The position numbers and the translations under genes are program-made. From the IMG/VR virus record IMGVR_UViG_3300005077_000001, positions 192,336-256,335 of that record: a stretch of DNA of 64,000 nt; one strand, 5' to 3'. This DNA comes from a virus. Its lineage: Duplodnaviria > Caudoviricetes. Within the stretch, counting starts at the first letter, position 1. Each line of letters begins with the position of its first letter. Positions 49,889 to 59,359 of this stretch are shown piece by piece. The notes below the pieces were generated by a model. That model had not been told where the DNA came from. It did no database searches and was given only the letters and a program-made list of their open reading frames with translations.

Positions 49889-50517
49889 TTGCTTTTGACA
49901 TTGATGGTATTATACTGAATACGTCTGGATTGATGGTGGAAAAGTATAATGAATTGTACGGTACAGATATTAAAGTAGAAGATTGGACTATATACGAATT
50001 TGAAAAATGTTTTAATTTACCTAGAGAGAATTTATTAAAAGCTTTTAGGGAAGCTGTGGTAGATACACAGGATTCTCCTATATTTTATGAAGGTGCAGTA
50101 GAAGCATTACGAACGTATAAAAATCATTACAAAAGTATAACTCCGTTGTTTATAACAAATAGACGGCAAGAATATGCAGAGATTGCAAAAAGACAAATTG
50201 AAACTGCTATAGACACAGAAGTTATAGTAGATTATAAGTTAAACGACTTACCTGTAGGTAAAACAGAAAGATTAAAATATTTTAGAGTTCATATCTTTTA
50301 TGAGGATAAACCTACTTACTGGAAACATTACATTGATAATGGAGTTAATATAAGAACTTTTTATAGACCTTATAATACAAAAGAGATAGAGGATTTATCT
50401 ACAAAATGTAATTTCATAAAGTTTAATGCTTATAAAGATTGGAATGAAGTATTAGAGTATTACTATGAAGACGCTATGACTAAATCATCAGAAATATCAA
50501 GGATGTATTATGGATAA
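49885..50517 (+). CDS. HAD-family 5'(3')-deoxyribonucleotidase-like protein
   Basis: IAFDIDG, FITNR, FYEDKP, RPYN, DWNEV. Confidence 0.75.
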   Translation: MIAFDIDGIILNTSGLMVEKYNELYGTDIKVEDWTIYEFEKCFNLPRENLLKAFREAVVDTQDSPIFYEGAVEALRTYKNHYKSITPLFITNRRQEYAEIAKRQIETAIDTEVIVDYKLNDLPVGKTERLKYFRVHIFYEDKPTYWKHYIDNGVNIRTFYRPYNTKEIEDLSTKCNFIKFNAYKDWNEVLEYYYEDAMTKSSEISRMYYG

Positions 50518-51073
50518 TACTTACAAATTTGGATTCATTGGGGAGATGGGAAGTGGGAAAACTACAGCAGTGGGTTTAATAAAGTTAGTTTTGCAATCCA
50601 TATTTGGAGTAGAGAATACCTATTCTTATGTATTAAAATTTGCTACACCTATATATGCTGCTGTAAATTCCCTTGGTATTGAAGGTGAAAAGCCAAGACA
50701 ATTTATGCAGAAATACGGAACATTATGTAGAGAAGAATTTGGTGATGACGTATTTGAAAAAGCTTTTGAAAAAGATTATTTTAACTTGATACAAGAATTA
50801 CCTTTACCTATTAATCCTATGAAGCGAGCTTTTGTATGTGATGATGTTAGGTTTATAGGAGAAGCTCAATTGCTTAGAGACTTAGGGTTTAAATTAATAC
50901 GAGTTGAAGCAGAGCGTGGCGTGAGACAAGAACGTATAGGGATTACTTTTAAGAATGAGACACATAGGTCTGAACTTGAATTAAAACAAATAGTTCCTGA
51001 TATTGTAATAACTAATAACAGACCAATAGAGTATTTAAAAAACGAAATTGAAAAATTAATTATAAATTATTAA
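50510..51073 (+). CDS. deoxynucleoside monophosphate kinase-like P-loop protein
   Basis: GEMGSGKT, FATPI, RQFMQKYG, DDVRF..E, H.SE. Confidence 0.75.
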   Translation: MDNTYKFGFIGEMGSGKTTAVGLIKLVLQSIFGVENTYSYVLKFATPIYAAVNSLGIEGEKPRQFMQKYGTLCREEFGDDVFEKAFEKDYFNLIQELPLPINPMKRAFVCDDVRFIGEAQLLRDLGFKLIRVEAERGVRQERIGITFKNETHRSELELKQIVPDIVITNNRPIEYLKNEIEKLIINY

Positions 51074-51082
51074 GGGAGTCCT

Positions 51083-52006
51083 ATGCTAAAAAAATGTTCT
51101 AGTTGTAAAATAGAAAAACCACTAGAAGAATTTCACAAAGACAAACAAGGTACTTACGGAGTTAGGTGCTACTGTAAGGAATGTTATAAAAGCATAGATA
51201 AGAAACGTAGAAATACAATGTTACAAAGAACTACAATCTTAGATATACCATTAGAAACTATATTTAGAAGATGTGCCATATGCAAAATAGATAAATCATT
51301 AGTTGAATTTTCTAATAGCAAGTATAGTAAGTATGGTAAAGGGCATTGGTGTAAAGAATGTAATAAAATGAAACAGAAAGATTATAAAAGGAAGTTAGTT
51401 AAAAATAGACGTTGCACTAGTTGTGGTAAAAAATTATTAGAAAATGAATTGCAAAAATGCGACACTTGTAGAAATAAAAAAATTAATCTTAGAAAAGAAC
51501 TCAAACAACAAATGATAAATTATTTAGGAGGAAAATGTAATAGATGTGGTTTTATAACTGAATATCAAGGTGCATATAGTTTTCATCATAGAAATCCACT
51601 AAATAAAAGTTTTGAAATCTCTACGTTAATCAATTCCAATATTTATAATACAGATAAAGAATTGATTTTAAAAGAATTAGATAAATGTGAATTGCTTTGT
51701 GAGAATTGTCATAGAATAGAGCATTTTAATATAAAAAACAGAGAGAAGTTACTACATCTTAAACGATTCAGACTGAAAAAGAAAGCAATAGAATTAAAAG
51801 GTGGAAAATGTCAACGTTGCGGATTAGTAACAGAGCAACACTCTGTATATGACTTTCATCATGTGTCTGGAAATAAAAAAGGTATTTTATCAAAAATGTT
51901 TCTTAAAAATAAATGGAATGACATAAAAGCTGAACTTGATAAATGTATCTTAGTTTGTGGTAATTGCCACCAGATTTTACATGAAAAATTAAAGGAGAAC
52001 TACTAA
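51083..52006 (+). CDS. HNH endonuclease with two Zn ribbons and two tandem HNH modules
   Basis: GGKC.RCG...FHH...ELDKC.L.C.NCH..(E/L)H occurs twice. Confidence 0.8.
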   Translation: MLKKCSSCKIEKPLEEFHKDKQGTYGVRCYCKECYKSIDKKRRNTMLQRTTILDIPLETIFRRCAICKIDKSLVEFSNSKYSKYGKGHWCKECNKMKQKDYKRKLVKNRRCTSCGKKLLENELQKCDTCRNKKINLRKELKQQMINYLGGKCNRCGFITEYQGAYSFHHRNPLNKSFEISTLINSNIYNTDKELILKELDKCELLCENCHRIEHFNIKNREKLLHLKRFRLKKKAIELKGGKCQRCGLVTEQHSVYDFHHVSGNKKGILSKMFLKNKWNDIKAELDKCILVCGNCHQILHEKLKENY

Positions 52007-52008
52007 AA

Positions 52009-52425
52009 ATGGCTATATACTATGATCCGATTGATTTCCAACGTGATAATTTTGAAGTTATACCTAGAAATGAATGGCGTATAATGGGTATTTACCAAGC
52101 TAAGAAACCTATTAAAATTCCTCGTTGGTGCCGACCAAATTGTGAAGCTTTCCAAATGGATTTTGATAAAAAGCCAATATGTCAATTTGGGTGTAAAGAA
52201 TACATATTTGAACAACATATTATTGACACTGATGAAAAAGTATACAATCTTTTGTTTGCTGTAGACACTACAGACGTTCATCAAGGTTTTGCTACTCTTA
52301 TAGGAGAAAAGTATTTAAGAAGTTTTTTAGGAGATAAAAAAGTAGATAGAATGTTACAAGATTATAATGAATTAATGAAACCTCCAGAAACTAACTTGGA
52401 GGATTATATTGAGGAGGATGATTAA
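52009..52425 (+). CDS. hypothetical protein
   Basis: 138-aa ORF with AAGGAG RBS. Confidence 0.6.
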   Translation: MAIYYDPIDFQRDNFEVIPRNEWRIMGIYQAKKPIKIPRWCRPNCEAFQMDFDKKPICQFGCKEYIFEQHIIDTDEKVYNLLFAVDTTDVHQGFATLIGEKYLRSFLGDKKVDRMLQDYNELMKPPETNLEDYIEEDD

Positions 52426-52545
52426 AATGTGGACAACTCGTAAATGGGCACTGCCTATGGTAAGGTTATGTAGGCAAGGTTGTTTGTAGAAGTCGTTAGG
52501 AGAAGCGACATTAAATAAATTTTCCAATGAATAAGGAATGAATTA

Positions 52546-52832
52546 GTGATGGAAGAATTACTTTCTAAAAAATGTACACGGTGTGGTATTTTAAAAACTT
52601 TAACAAATTTTGAAAAGAAAAAAGATGGAAAATATGGAAGAAGGTCCATATGTAAAGAGTGTAAAAAGAAAAAAATTAAAAAATATATTGGAGTTCCTAT
52701 TACAACAAAAGAATGTCATGGAATTATTCTTGGAATAATATCCAAAAAGAATTAGATAATTGTATTCTACTTTGTCATAACTGTCATAGGATTATACATC
52801 AAAAATTAAAAGAGGAGGAATTAGGTGAATAA
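52546..52832 (+). pseudogene. degenerate, frameshifted HNH remnant
   Basis: Zn ribbon KKCTRC...CKEC, then the -1 frame gives ELDNCILLCHNCHRIIH ending TAA 52830-52832 over the next start. Confidence 0.65.
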
Positions 52833-53712
52833 AACACAAGAGGAAATGTTAAAGGATTTAATGGCAGACTTTGATTCTGATGCCATTAATACAGTCCAAG
52901 GTTACGACTATATACGCTCTCATTATATTATTAAGAGGCTGATTGATGTTTTTGGAATTAAATGGAGTTCTGAAACAATTCAAATGCCTATTGTACACGA
53001 AGACCCGATAAGTGGTAAACAGTGGCTAGCAATGGGCGTAAGATTTAGTGTGGAGATTGATGGAAAATCATATTGTAAAGACGGGTGGGATGCAATAGAG
53101 ATTAAAACCTATACCGATAAGTATCCTAATGGGCAACCCAACCCAAAGGCAGGGTACATTGTAGATTTGGGGAATAACTATAAAGCCTGCTATACTTCGG
53201 CGTTAAAAAAGGCGGTTACACAAGTAGGTATTGGTCTTTACCTGTATTTTGGTGGAATTCTTCCTGATGATGAATTTGGATATGCCGAAGAAGAGCCTGT
53301 AGAGATTCAAGCACCAAAGAAAGAGAAAATGATACCTTCTAAACCAGAGTGGGGTGGAGATGAACCAATATTCGATACTCCTAAAGCAAAGAAAGGTTAT
53401 TCTGCAAATAAAAAAGTTGTAGATGATTTTTTTCAGGCTCCTAAAAGTAGTGGAGTAGGACTTTCAAAGGGGTCTAATACTGTATCGGCCAGTGTTACAG
53501 CAGCTCAATCTAAACCAAATGTATTCTCATTAAATGCTGTGTTGAATGGTTTTAAAGATTTGATTTCTGCTGGTACTATTGAAAGTAAACCTTTAGAAGA
53601 AATGATTTTTGATTTAACAGGTTTTGAAGGTATTGACGACATTCATAAATTAACTCAAGAGGAAGCATATGAAATTATTCAAAATCAAAAGAAGCTTCTT
53701 GGAAACAGGTAA
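52825..53712 (+). CDS. Rad52/Sak-like single-strand annealing protein
   Basis: GYDYI..HYIIKRL.DVFG..WS, D.GN.YKA..TSALKKA..Q.GIGLYLY, acidic/Pro-rich tail. Confidence 0.75.
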   Translation: MNKTQEEMLKDLMADFDSDAINTVQGYDYIRSHYIIKRLIDVFGIKWSSETIQMPIVHEDPISGKQWLAMGVRFSVEIDGKSYCKDGWDAIEIKTYTDKYPNGQPNPKAGYIVDLGNNYKACYTSALKKAVTQVGIGLYLYFGGILPDDEFGYAEEEPVEIQAPKKEKMIPSKPEWGGDEPIFDTPKAKKGYSANKKVVDDFFQAPKSSGVGLSKGSNTVSASVTAAQSKPNVFSLNAVLNGFKDLISAGTIESKPLEEMIFDLTGFEGIDDIHKLTQEEAYEIIQNQKKLLGNR

Positions 53713-53718
53713 GTAAAT

Positions 53719-55647
53719 ATGAGCATTGAAGAAGTAATTTTAAGTGACTATAACCTAGCATTAAGAATAAAGTCTATTAATGGTGAAGACATATCAGATT
53801 TTTTGTCTAAACTAACTTTCAGTGAAGGTATTTCTAAAATTGATTATGAAGACTTTCTAAAAAATAATTTACTAGAACCTACTCAAGATTATCTTGATAC
53901 ATTAGATTCTTTTAAAGAAGATAGGGATAAGATAGATTCTTTTAGTATGGATGTTATACTAGCTGTGTATGATGTTAACCCTGGATTAGACCCATCCAAA
54001 ATTGTTATCGTAGATAATCAAGTATTGAGGAAAACAGATGCAGTTAAATCTAAAATTTATGACTATCTACCACTACCCCTGAATCCAAAATGGTCTACAA
54101 TGGATGGGGATTGGCGTCATAAATTAGCAAACCCAGATTTAGTTAATGAGGTAGTAGATGAGATATGGACTGATTTAATTGAACAAAATCCTACTGAAAC
54201 TTATTGTAAAGTGTATATAGATGCTTTGAAAATAAATATACCTATACGAGAAGTTGGAGAAGATATGGAATGGATTATAAAAACATATATAGAAAATGTA
54301 TGTAAAGGTAATTGGTCTTATGCAAAGAAACATAAATTTAATTATACTGCCCATTTAGCAGGAGTTTTAATTGTTGATTCTGCTCGTGTGCTAGAGGCGA
54401 TGCAATCTGCTAGCTTTGTATTAGCATTCTCAGAACAAGTATTAGCTAATTTATTATACAAGGCTATTGTTGAGATTAATCCTGCATTAAAATGGGAATC
54501 TATTAATTGGAACGCTTATAAGACTACTAAACCTAAGTCAGAAGAGAAGAGAAAACCTGGTGCAGGAACTCCTCAGCCAAAAATTGTATCGTCAAAAGAT
54601 GTGATAGAGGAGCAAAAGAAATTCTCTGATGTATCCCATGAAGATATTCGTAATCTTAAAGATAGGATTAAGAAAAGATTAATTGGGCAAGATGCCGCTG
54701 TAGATGAATTATGTGATGCTATTAATGTTGCTCGTGTTGGTCTTAATCCTCCTCAAAAACCTATAGGAGTATTTCTATTTATTGGTCCTACTGGTGTAGG
54801 TAAGACTGAATTGACTAAGGTATTAGCAGAAGAATTAACGGATGGTAATTTAATACATTTGAATATGAGTGAGTATCAGATGGAGCACGAAGTAGCTAAA
54901 CTGTATGGCAGTCCCCCCGGCTTTGTCGGTTTTTCAGATTCTGACGATGTACGTAGTGGTAAAAGAGCACCGCTGACATTAGCTAATAAAATCAGGAAGA
55001 CGCCATTCTGTGTTTGTAATTTTGATGAACTAGAAAAAGCCCATGAAAAAGTCTATAATGTTTTATTAGGTATATTTGATGAAGGTTTTATAGAATCTGG
55101 GAGAGGGGATAAGTGTAGTTTCAATCAAAGTATTATTACTGCTACTAGTAATGTAGGATTACAAGATGCTATGAGAGAATGTGAATCAAATAAGTTAGGG
55201 TTTGGGGAAGATTGCAGAGATTTTAATAAAATTACAAAAGATGTGGTTGATAAAGCAGTAAGAGATAGGTTTAAACCTGAGTTTAGAAATAGACTTACAA
55301 AAATAATTTATTTTAATTCTTTATCAAAGGAAGCGTGTCTTAATATTGTGGAGGTTCTTTTAGATAAATTAAAAAATAATTTAGAAAAAAACCAACAGTC
55401 TTCCTTAAAGTGGACTTCAAGAGTTTGTGAATGGGTAATCGAAGAGGGTTTTGATGAGAAATATGGTGCCAGGAATTTAGAAAGAACTATTAGCACTCTA
55501 ATAGCTCTTCCATTAGCAAATGATATTTTGGAAAAAGGGGTAGAATCTAAATCTGAAATTAATCTAGATTATATTGATGGTAAATTAAAAATTGATTATA
55601 ATATTAAAGAAGAGGAAAAAAATGAATGTCAAGAAGAATTGGATTAG
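53719..55647 (+). CDS. single-AAA+ Clp/Hsp100 ATPase (ClpA/B/C D2-like) with novel N-terminal domain
   Basis: IGQD, FIGPTGVGKTE, MSEY, GSPPGFVG, FDELEKAH, TSNVG, LGF loop, FKPEF.NR, YGARNL. Confidence 0.88.
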   Translation: MSIEEVILSDYNLALRIKSINGEDISDFLSKLTFSEGISKIDYEDFLKNNLLEPTQDYLDTLDSFKEDRDKIDSFSMDVILAVYDVNPGLDPSKIVIVDNQVLRKTDAVKSKIYDYLPLPLNPKWSTMDGDWRHKLANPDLVNEVVDEIWTDLIEQNPTETYCKVYIDALKINIPIREVGEDMEWIIKTYIENVCKGNWSYAKKHKFNYTAHLAGVLIVDSARVLEAMQSASFVLAFSEQVLANLLYKAIVEINPALKWESINWNAYKTTKPKSEEKRKPGAGTPQPKIVSSKDVIEEQKKFSDVSHEDIRNLKDRIKKRLIGQDAAVDELCDAINVARVGLNPPQKPIGVFLFIGPTGVGKTELTKVLAEELTDGNLIHLNMSEYQMEHEVAKLYGSPPGFVGFSDSDDVRSGKRAPLTLANKIRKTPFCVCNFDELEKAHEKVYNVLLGIFDEGFIESGRGDKCSFNQSIITATSNVGLQDAMRECESNKLGFGEDCRDFNKITKDVVDKAVRDRFKPEFRNRLTKIIYFNSLSKEACLNIVEVLLDKLKNNLEKNQQSSLKWTSRVCEWVIEEGFDEKYGARNLERTISTLIALPLANDILEKGVESKSEINLDYIDGKLKIDYNIKEEEKNECQEELD

Positions 55648-56669
55648 AATATACAAATGAAATAATAAAAGACTACAGAAATAATATTTTATTAAAAGAT
55701 ATGATAATTAAATATAATTGTTCTAGAAAAGTAATTCATAGAATTTTAAAAGAAAACAACATAGAAATCAAGGACAGACAAATAGGTTCTAAGTACATAG
55801 ATAAGTATAATATTGACTTTGAAATTATTGATACACAAGAAAAGGCGTACATACTAGGGTTGTGGGCAGCGGACGGTAATACTTATGAGGTTGATTATAC
55901 TGTTAAACTAGGAATGTCTGATTACGATATTATAGAAAAAGTACGAAATGCTATTTGTCCAGAAAAACCAATTCGTACAATTAAGAGTGGTTTTACTTAT
56001 TTTAAAAATAGTAATAAACTTTATGCTCAAAAAAATCACTATGCTGTGGTATTCAATAATAAGAAGTTATATATGAATTTTATTAAGCACGGAGTTGTAC
56101 CTAGGAAATCCTCAATAATAAAACCTCCTTCGGGTCTTCCAGATAATTTGATTAATCATTGGATAAGGGGTTATTTTGATGGAGACGGCCACATTACTTA
56201 TGCAAATAAAACTTTGGTTTTTGGTATCTCTTCTAGTAGTAAGGATTTAATTGATTTTATTTATAATGTTATTTATAGTATCTTTGGTATTAAAGGGTGT
56301 ATAGATACTTCTACTAAAAGTAAGTTTACAAATCAAATTTGTTATAAGATTATTTATAATTCTCATAATGCCATTAGAGTTTTAAAATGGATTTATGAAG
56401 ATGCAACTATTTATATGGAGAGAAAATGGAATTTAGCAAAACAATATGTAAAAAATTCTTTGCCTGATACTACTAGGCACTTTTGGTCTGAAGAAGATAA
56501 GGAAGTATTAAAAGAAAAATATCCTAATTCTTCTAAAGAGGAATTATTAAAATTATTTCCCTATACATCTTGGTGTGCAGTTATGAGTATGGCAAGTACA
56601 CTAAAAATAAAGAGAAAATATAATTGGAGGAAGGATAATGAGAGGGAGGAACAGTTGGACGTGCAGTGA
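55626..56669 (+). CDS. free-standing LAGLIDADG homing endonuclease (HTH N-terminus, Myb-like C-terminus)
   Basis: IDTQEKAYILGLWAADG, HWIRGYFDGDG, MERKW, FWSEED repeat. Confidence 0.85.
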   Translation: MSRRIGLEYTNEIIKDYRNNILLKDMIIKYNCSRKVIHRILKENNIEIKDRQIGSKYIDKYNIDFEIIDTQEKAYILGLWAADGNTYEVDYTVKLGMSDYDIIEKVRNAICPEKPIRTIKSGFTYFKNSNKLYAQKNHYAVVFNNKKLYMNFIKHGVVPRKSSIIKPPSGLPDNLINHWIRGYFDGDGHITYANKTLVFGISSSSKDLIDFIYNVIYSIFGIKGCIDTSTKSKFTNQICYKIIYNSHNAIRVLKWIYEDATIYMERKWNLAKQYVKNSLPDTTRHFWSEEDKEVLKEKYPNSSKEELLKLFPYTSWCAVMSMASTLKIKRKYNWRKDNEREEQLDVQ

Positions 56670-58208
56670 AATTGAAAAACTAATAGAGGAGTACAATGCT
56701 CCTATTCAGGAATTGGAGAAAATGTTCCCACGACATAATAAAGAAAGTTTGAGAAGAAAAATTAATGACTTACGTAAGTTAGGTAAGATAGGAATGAAAA
56801 CAAGTGACGTTATAGAGGAGTCGTACAGATTGAGACATGTCAAATCAAAATGATTATAAAAATAAATATATGAATAACCCCAATAAGGATGCTTTGACAG
56901 CGGCTTTTCGCCCACGGGAGGCCGCTGCCATCCGGCGTTATGTTAGTAATCTTCTTAACTTGAAAGCTCTGAATGTAGAAGAAATGAATCCTTTTGAAAT
57001 TAGGAAATCTCCTCCTAAACTACCTGTAGATGATTTAGATGTAATGATAGGTAGAAAACTTGAAGGAAATCTAGTTAAAGAAGGAACATTTGAATTATTA
57101 CAATCTATTGTTTCTGATTGGTATGAAGAGAATAATGAGCATCCGCTGGAAGAGAATGATTTCGAATCTATTATGGGTCATATAGCAGAAGAAACTTATA
57201 GGTGTAATATAAAAGTTGAAGATGAGCTAGAATTAGAAGCAAAAATTCTTATTCATTTATTGGAATGTTTAGAACTTAAAAAGAAAAATGTTAATGATTT
57301 AATCAAAAGTGCTTGGAAAATACATAGAAAAAATGTCGAACTAAGACAAAGGAGATTAAATGATTCTAATTAATTGTGATTGCGGATGTAGCTTTGAATG
57401 TTCTAACGATGACTGGTTAATTGTGTGCCCATCTTGTAGAGCAAAAGGTAATTTGGATGTTTTAAAAGGAAGAAATAATGTACAATCAAGTAACGAAAGA
57501 CAGAGTAGCGTCTATAACTCAATCTATAATATCAGAACTAGTAGCTTTCCAAATAGAAAGGAAGGAAATTAAAAAAACTTTTTTCGGAGTAGTGGACGTA
57601 CCCCTATTCCGATTAAGGTTTAGAATGATAGCGGAAGAGGATATTAGAGATGATGTTGGGTATGAGGTAGTTAGAATACAACAACCTGAAGATGTAACAT
57701 TTGATTTAATCTTTTGGCCCATTGCACGAAAAGGTTATTTGTGTTACATTAGAAATCGTTTACCTGTTACTATGTTTCAAATACTATTGCAACATAAAGA
57801 TTTGTGGCAGACTATACTAAAAGCTTCTATGGAAGAAGCAAAAGGAGTTAATCCTTTTAAGTATAATTACATAAAGTTGCTGATAAAAAAACCGCTATAT
57901 GAAATATTATCAACTAATCCGGCAGCTTTTGATTGGATTATCTAGGAGGGGCTATGAGAAAAATGATTATTCCAAGGAAAGATTTTTATACAATGAATTT
58001 AAAAGAGGGATATAAGATAAAGCATCGTCCTTCTGAATTATCAGTTGTATCTTATGGAGTAATTATAGGAACTTATCGCAGTGTTGAATGCGGAGAAAGT
58101 AAATTTGATGATTGGAATTGGGAAGGCACTATAGTAGAACAAGAAGCTTGGAAACAGATGAAGGAAAAGCTCAGTGAACATTACAATTGTGAGATAGTAA
58201 TTAAATAA
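56638..58208 (+). CDS. five hypothetical proteins (56638-56853 stand-alone Myb-like; 56837-57373; 57360-57572 Zn ribbon; 57478-57945; 57933-58208)
   Basis: ORF track; coupled overlaps. Confidence 0.55.
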
Positions 58209-58741
58209 TGGGTAATAAGCAATGGTCTTCTAAAGAAATGGGTATTCTTAAATATGCTTTAGAAAGAAATCAACAAGAAAACCTTTATGCAGTAGCACGA
58301 GAATTAAATAAGACAAAATTAAAAAATCGTACTGTGCGTGGTATATACTCCAAATTAAAAGAATTAGTATCTGAAGCTGAGTTTAAAGATAAGATAATAG
58401 AAATTGATGGCATAACTTATGAAGTAGAAATTATAAGTGGGTATGTTCATATAACACTACCTGATTTGGGAAAAGTTCCTTTGCATATATATCTTTGGGA
58501 AGATAAGTATGGTAAGGTTCCAAACGGATTTGATGTACACCACAGAAACAGTAACAGATTAGATAATAGATTAACCAACTTAGTAATAATAGATAGTGCA
58601 GAACATAAACTTTTACATAGCAAAACTGGTCATTTACCAGAGACATCTTTGATGTTCTATTATTTACAATCTAAGAATTTATGGAACGAGTACTTGGAGT
58701 ACCGTAATAAAAACAAAGGGGTGGTTCTTAATGCAGAGTAG
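58208..58741 (+). CDS. HNH endonuclease with N-terminal Myb-like repeat
   Basis: QWSSKE...; LHIYLWE...VHHRNSNRLDNRLTNL...EH. Confidence 0.75.
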   Translation: MGNKQWSSKEMGILKYALERNQQENLYAVARELNKTKLKNRTVRGIYSKLKELVSEAEFKDKIIEIDGITYEVEIISGYVHITLPDLGKVPLHIYLWEDKYGKVPNGFDVHHRNSNRLDNRLTNLVIIDSAEHKLLHSKTGHLPETSLMFYYLQSKNLWNEYLEYRNKNKGVVLNAE

Positions 58742-58871
58742 TGATGCTGATGTCTGATAAACAAAGGTTTAAATCTATTAATGCTACAAAAAAATCTTCT
58801 GTTAGTTACACAAAGTACAGGAAATGGTATAAATCGAAAATTACTAAAAGGCTATGTGACGGATGTAAAAA

Positions 58872-59288
58872 ATGACTGATTCAACAAACAACTTAAATTG
58901 TGTTCATTGCAATTCAGAGCTTACACTAATTGCTACTGATGTTTTAAGTGATTGGGCTGGTCAAAATATACTCGTATGCTTTAATAATCAATGTCCTTTC
59001 TATTTAAATTCTGAAAAGACAATGTTAAAGCAAGGAGTATCTCTTAGATATAGATACAGATACAATCCAGATAACGGCGATGAGGGTGCTCTATTAGTTT
59101 TAGATGAATGCTCTTACAAAGATAGGATTATAGATTGGGAAGAAATCATATGCCCTAAAGAAGAAAAAACAACTCTAGATGAAGTTGTTTTTAAAGATGA
59201 TATCTTAGATTATTTAGCTAAATTAGATAGAAAAATAGACCAGATACTAATGATGTTTAAGAATAATCCAAGTTTAATTAATAAATAA
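58872..59288 (+). CDS. Zn-finger hypothetical protein
   Basis: CVHC...VCFNNQCPFY...YRY.YNPDNG. Confidence 0.55.
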   Translation: MTDSTNNLNCVHCNSELTLIATDVLSDWAGQNILVCFNNQCPFYLNSEKTMLKQGVSLRYRYRYNPDNGDEGALLVLDECSYKDRIIDWEEIICPKEEKTTLDEVVFKDDILDYLAKLDRKIDQILMMFKNNPSLINK

Positions 59289-59319
59289 AGGACCGGACAA
59301 AAAGACCGCTTAGTGTATT

Positions 59320-59344
59320 GGGCACCCCGAAGGGTGCCCTTTTT
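59320..59344 (+). terminator. intrinsic terminator at the convergent strand switch
   Basis: Perfect 8-bp stem GGGCACCC-CGAA-GGGTGCCC followed by TTTTT; the minus strand reads a C(UUCG)G tetraloop. Confidence 0.85.
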
Positions 59345-59359
59345 ATTCATACCATATTA

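Noticed and set aside
30049-50517. 2-aminoadenine (Z) genome system (PolA + HD hydrolase + MazG-like)
   Set aside because: No PurZ/adenylosuccinate-synthetase homologue is in the window, and an N6-adenine Dam methylase is present. It cannot be excluded for the rest of the genome.
7609-56669. Group I introns housing the LAGLIDADG genes
   Set aside because: Flanking genes (polA, nrdG, Clp ATPase, GTs) appear complete on one side, spacers are too short for an intron core, and no split exons were found.
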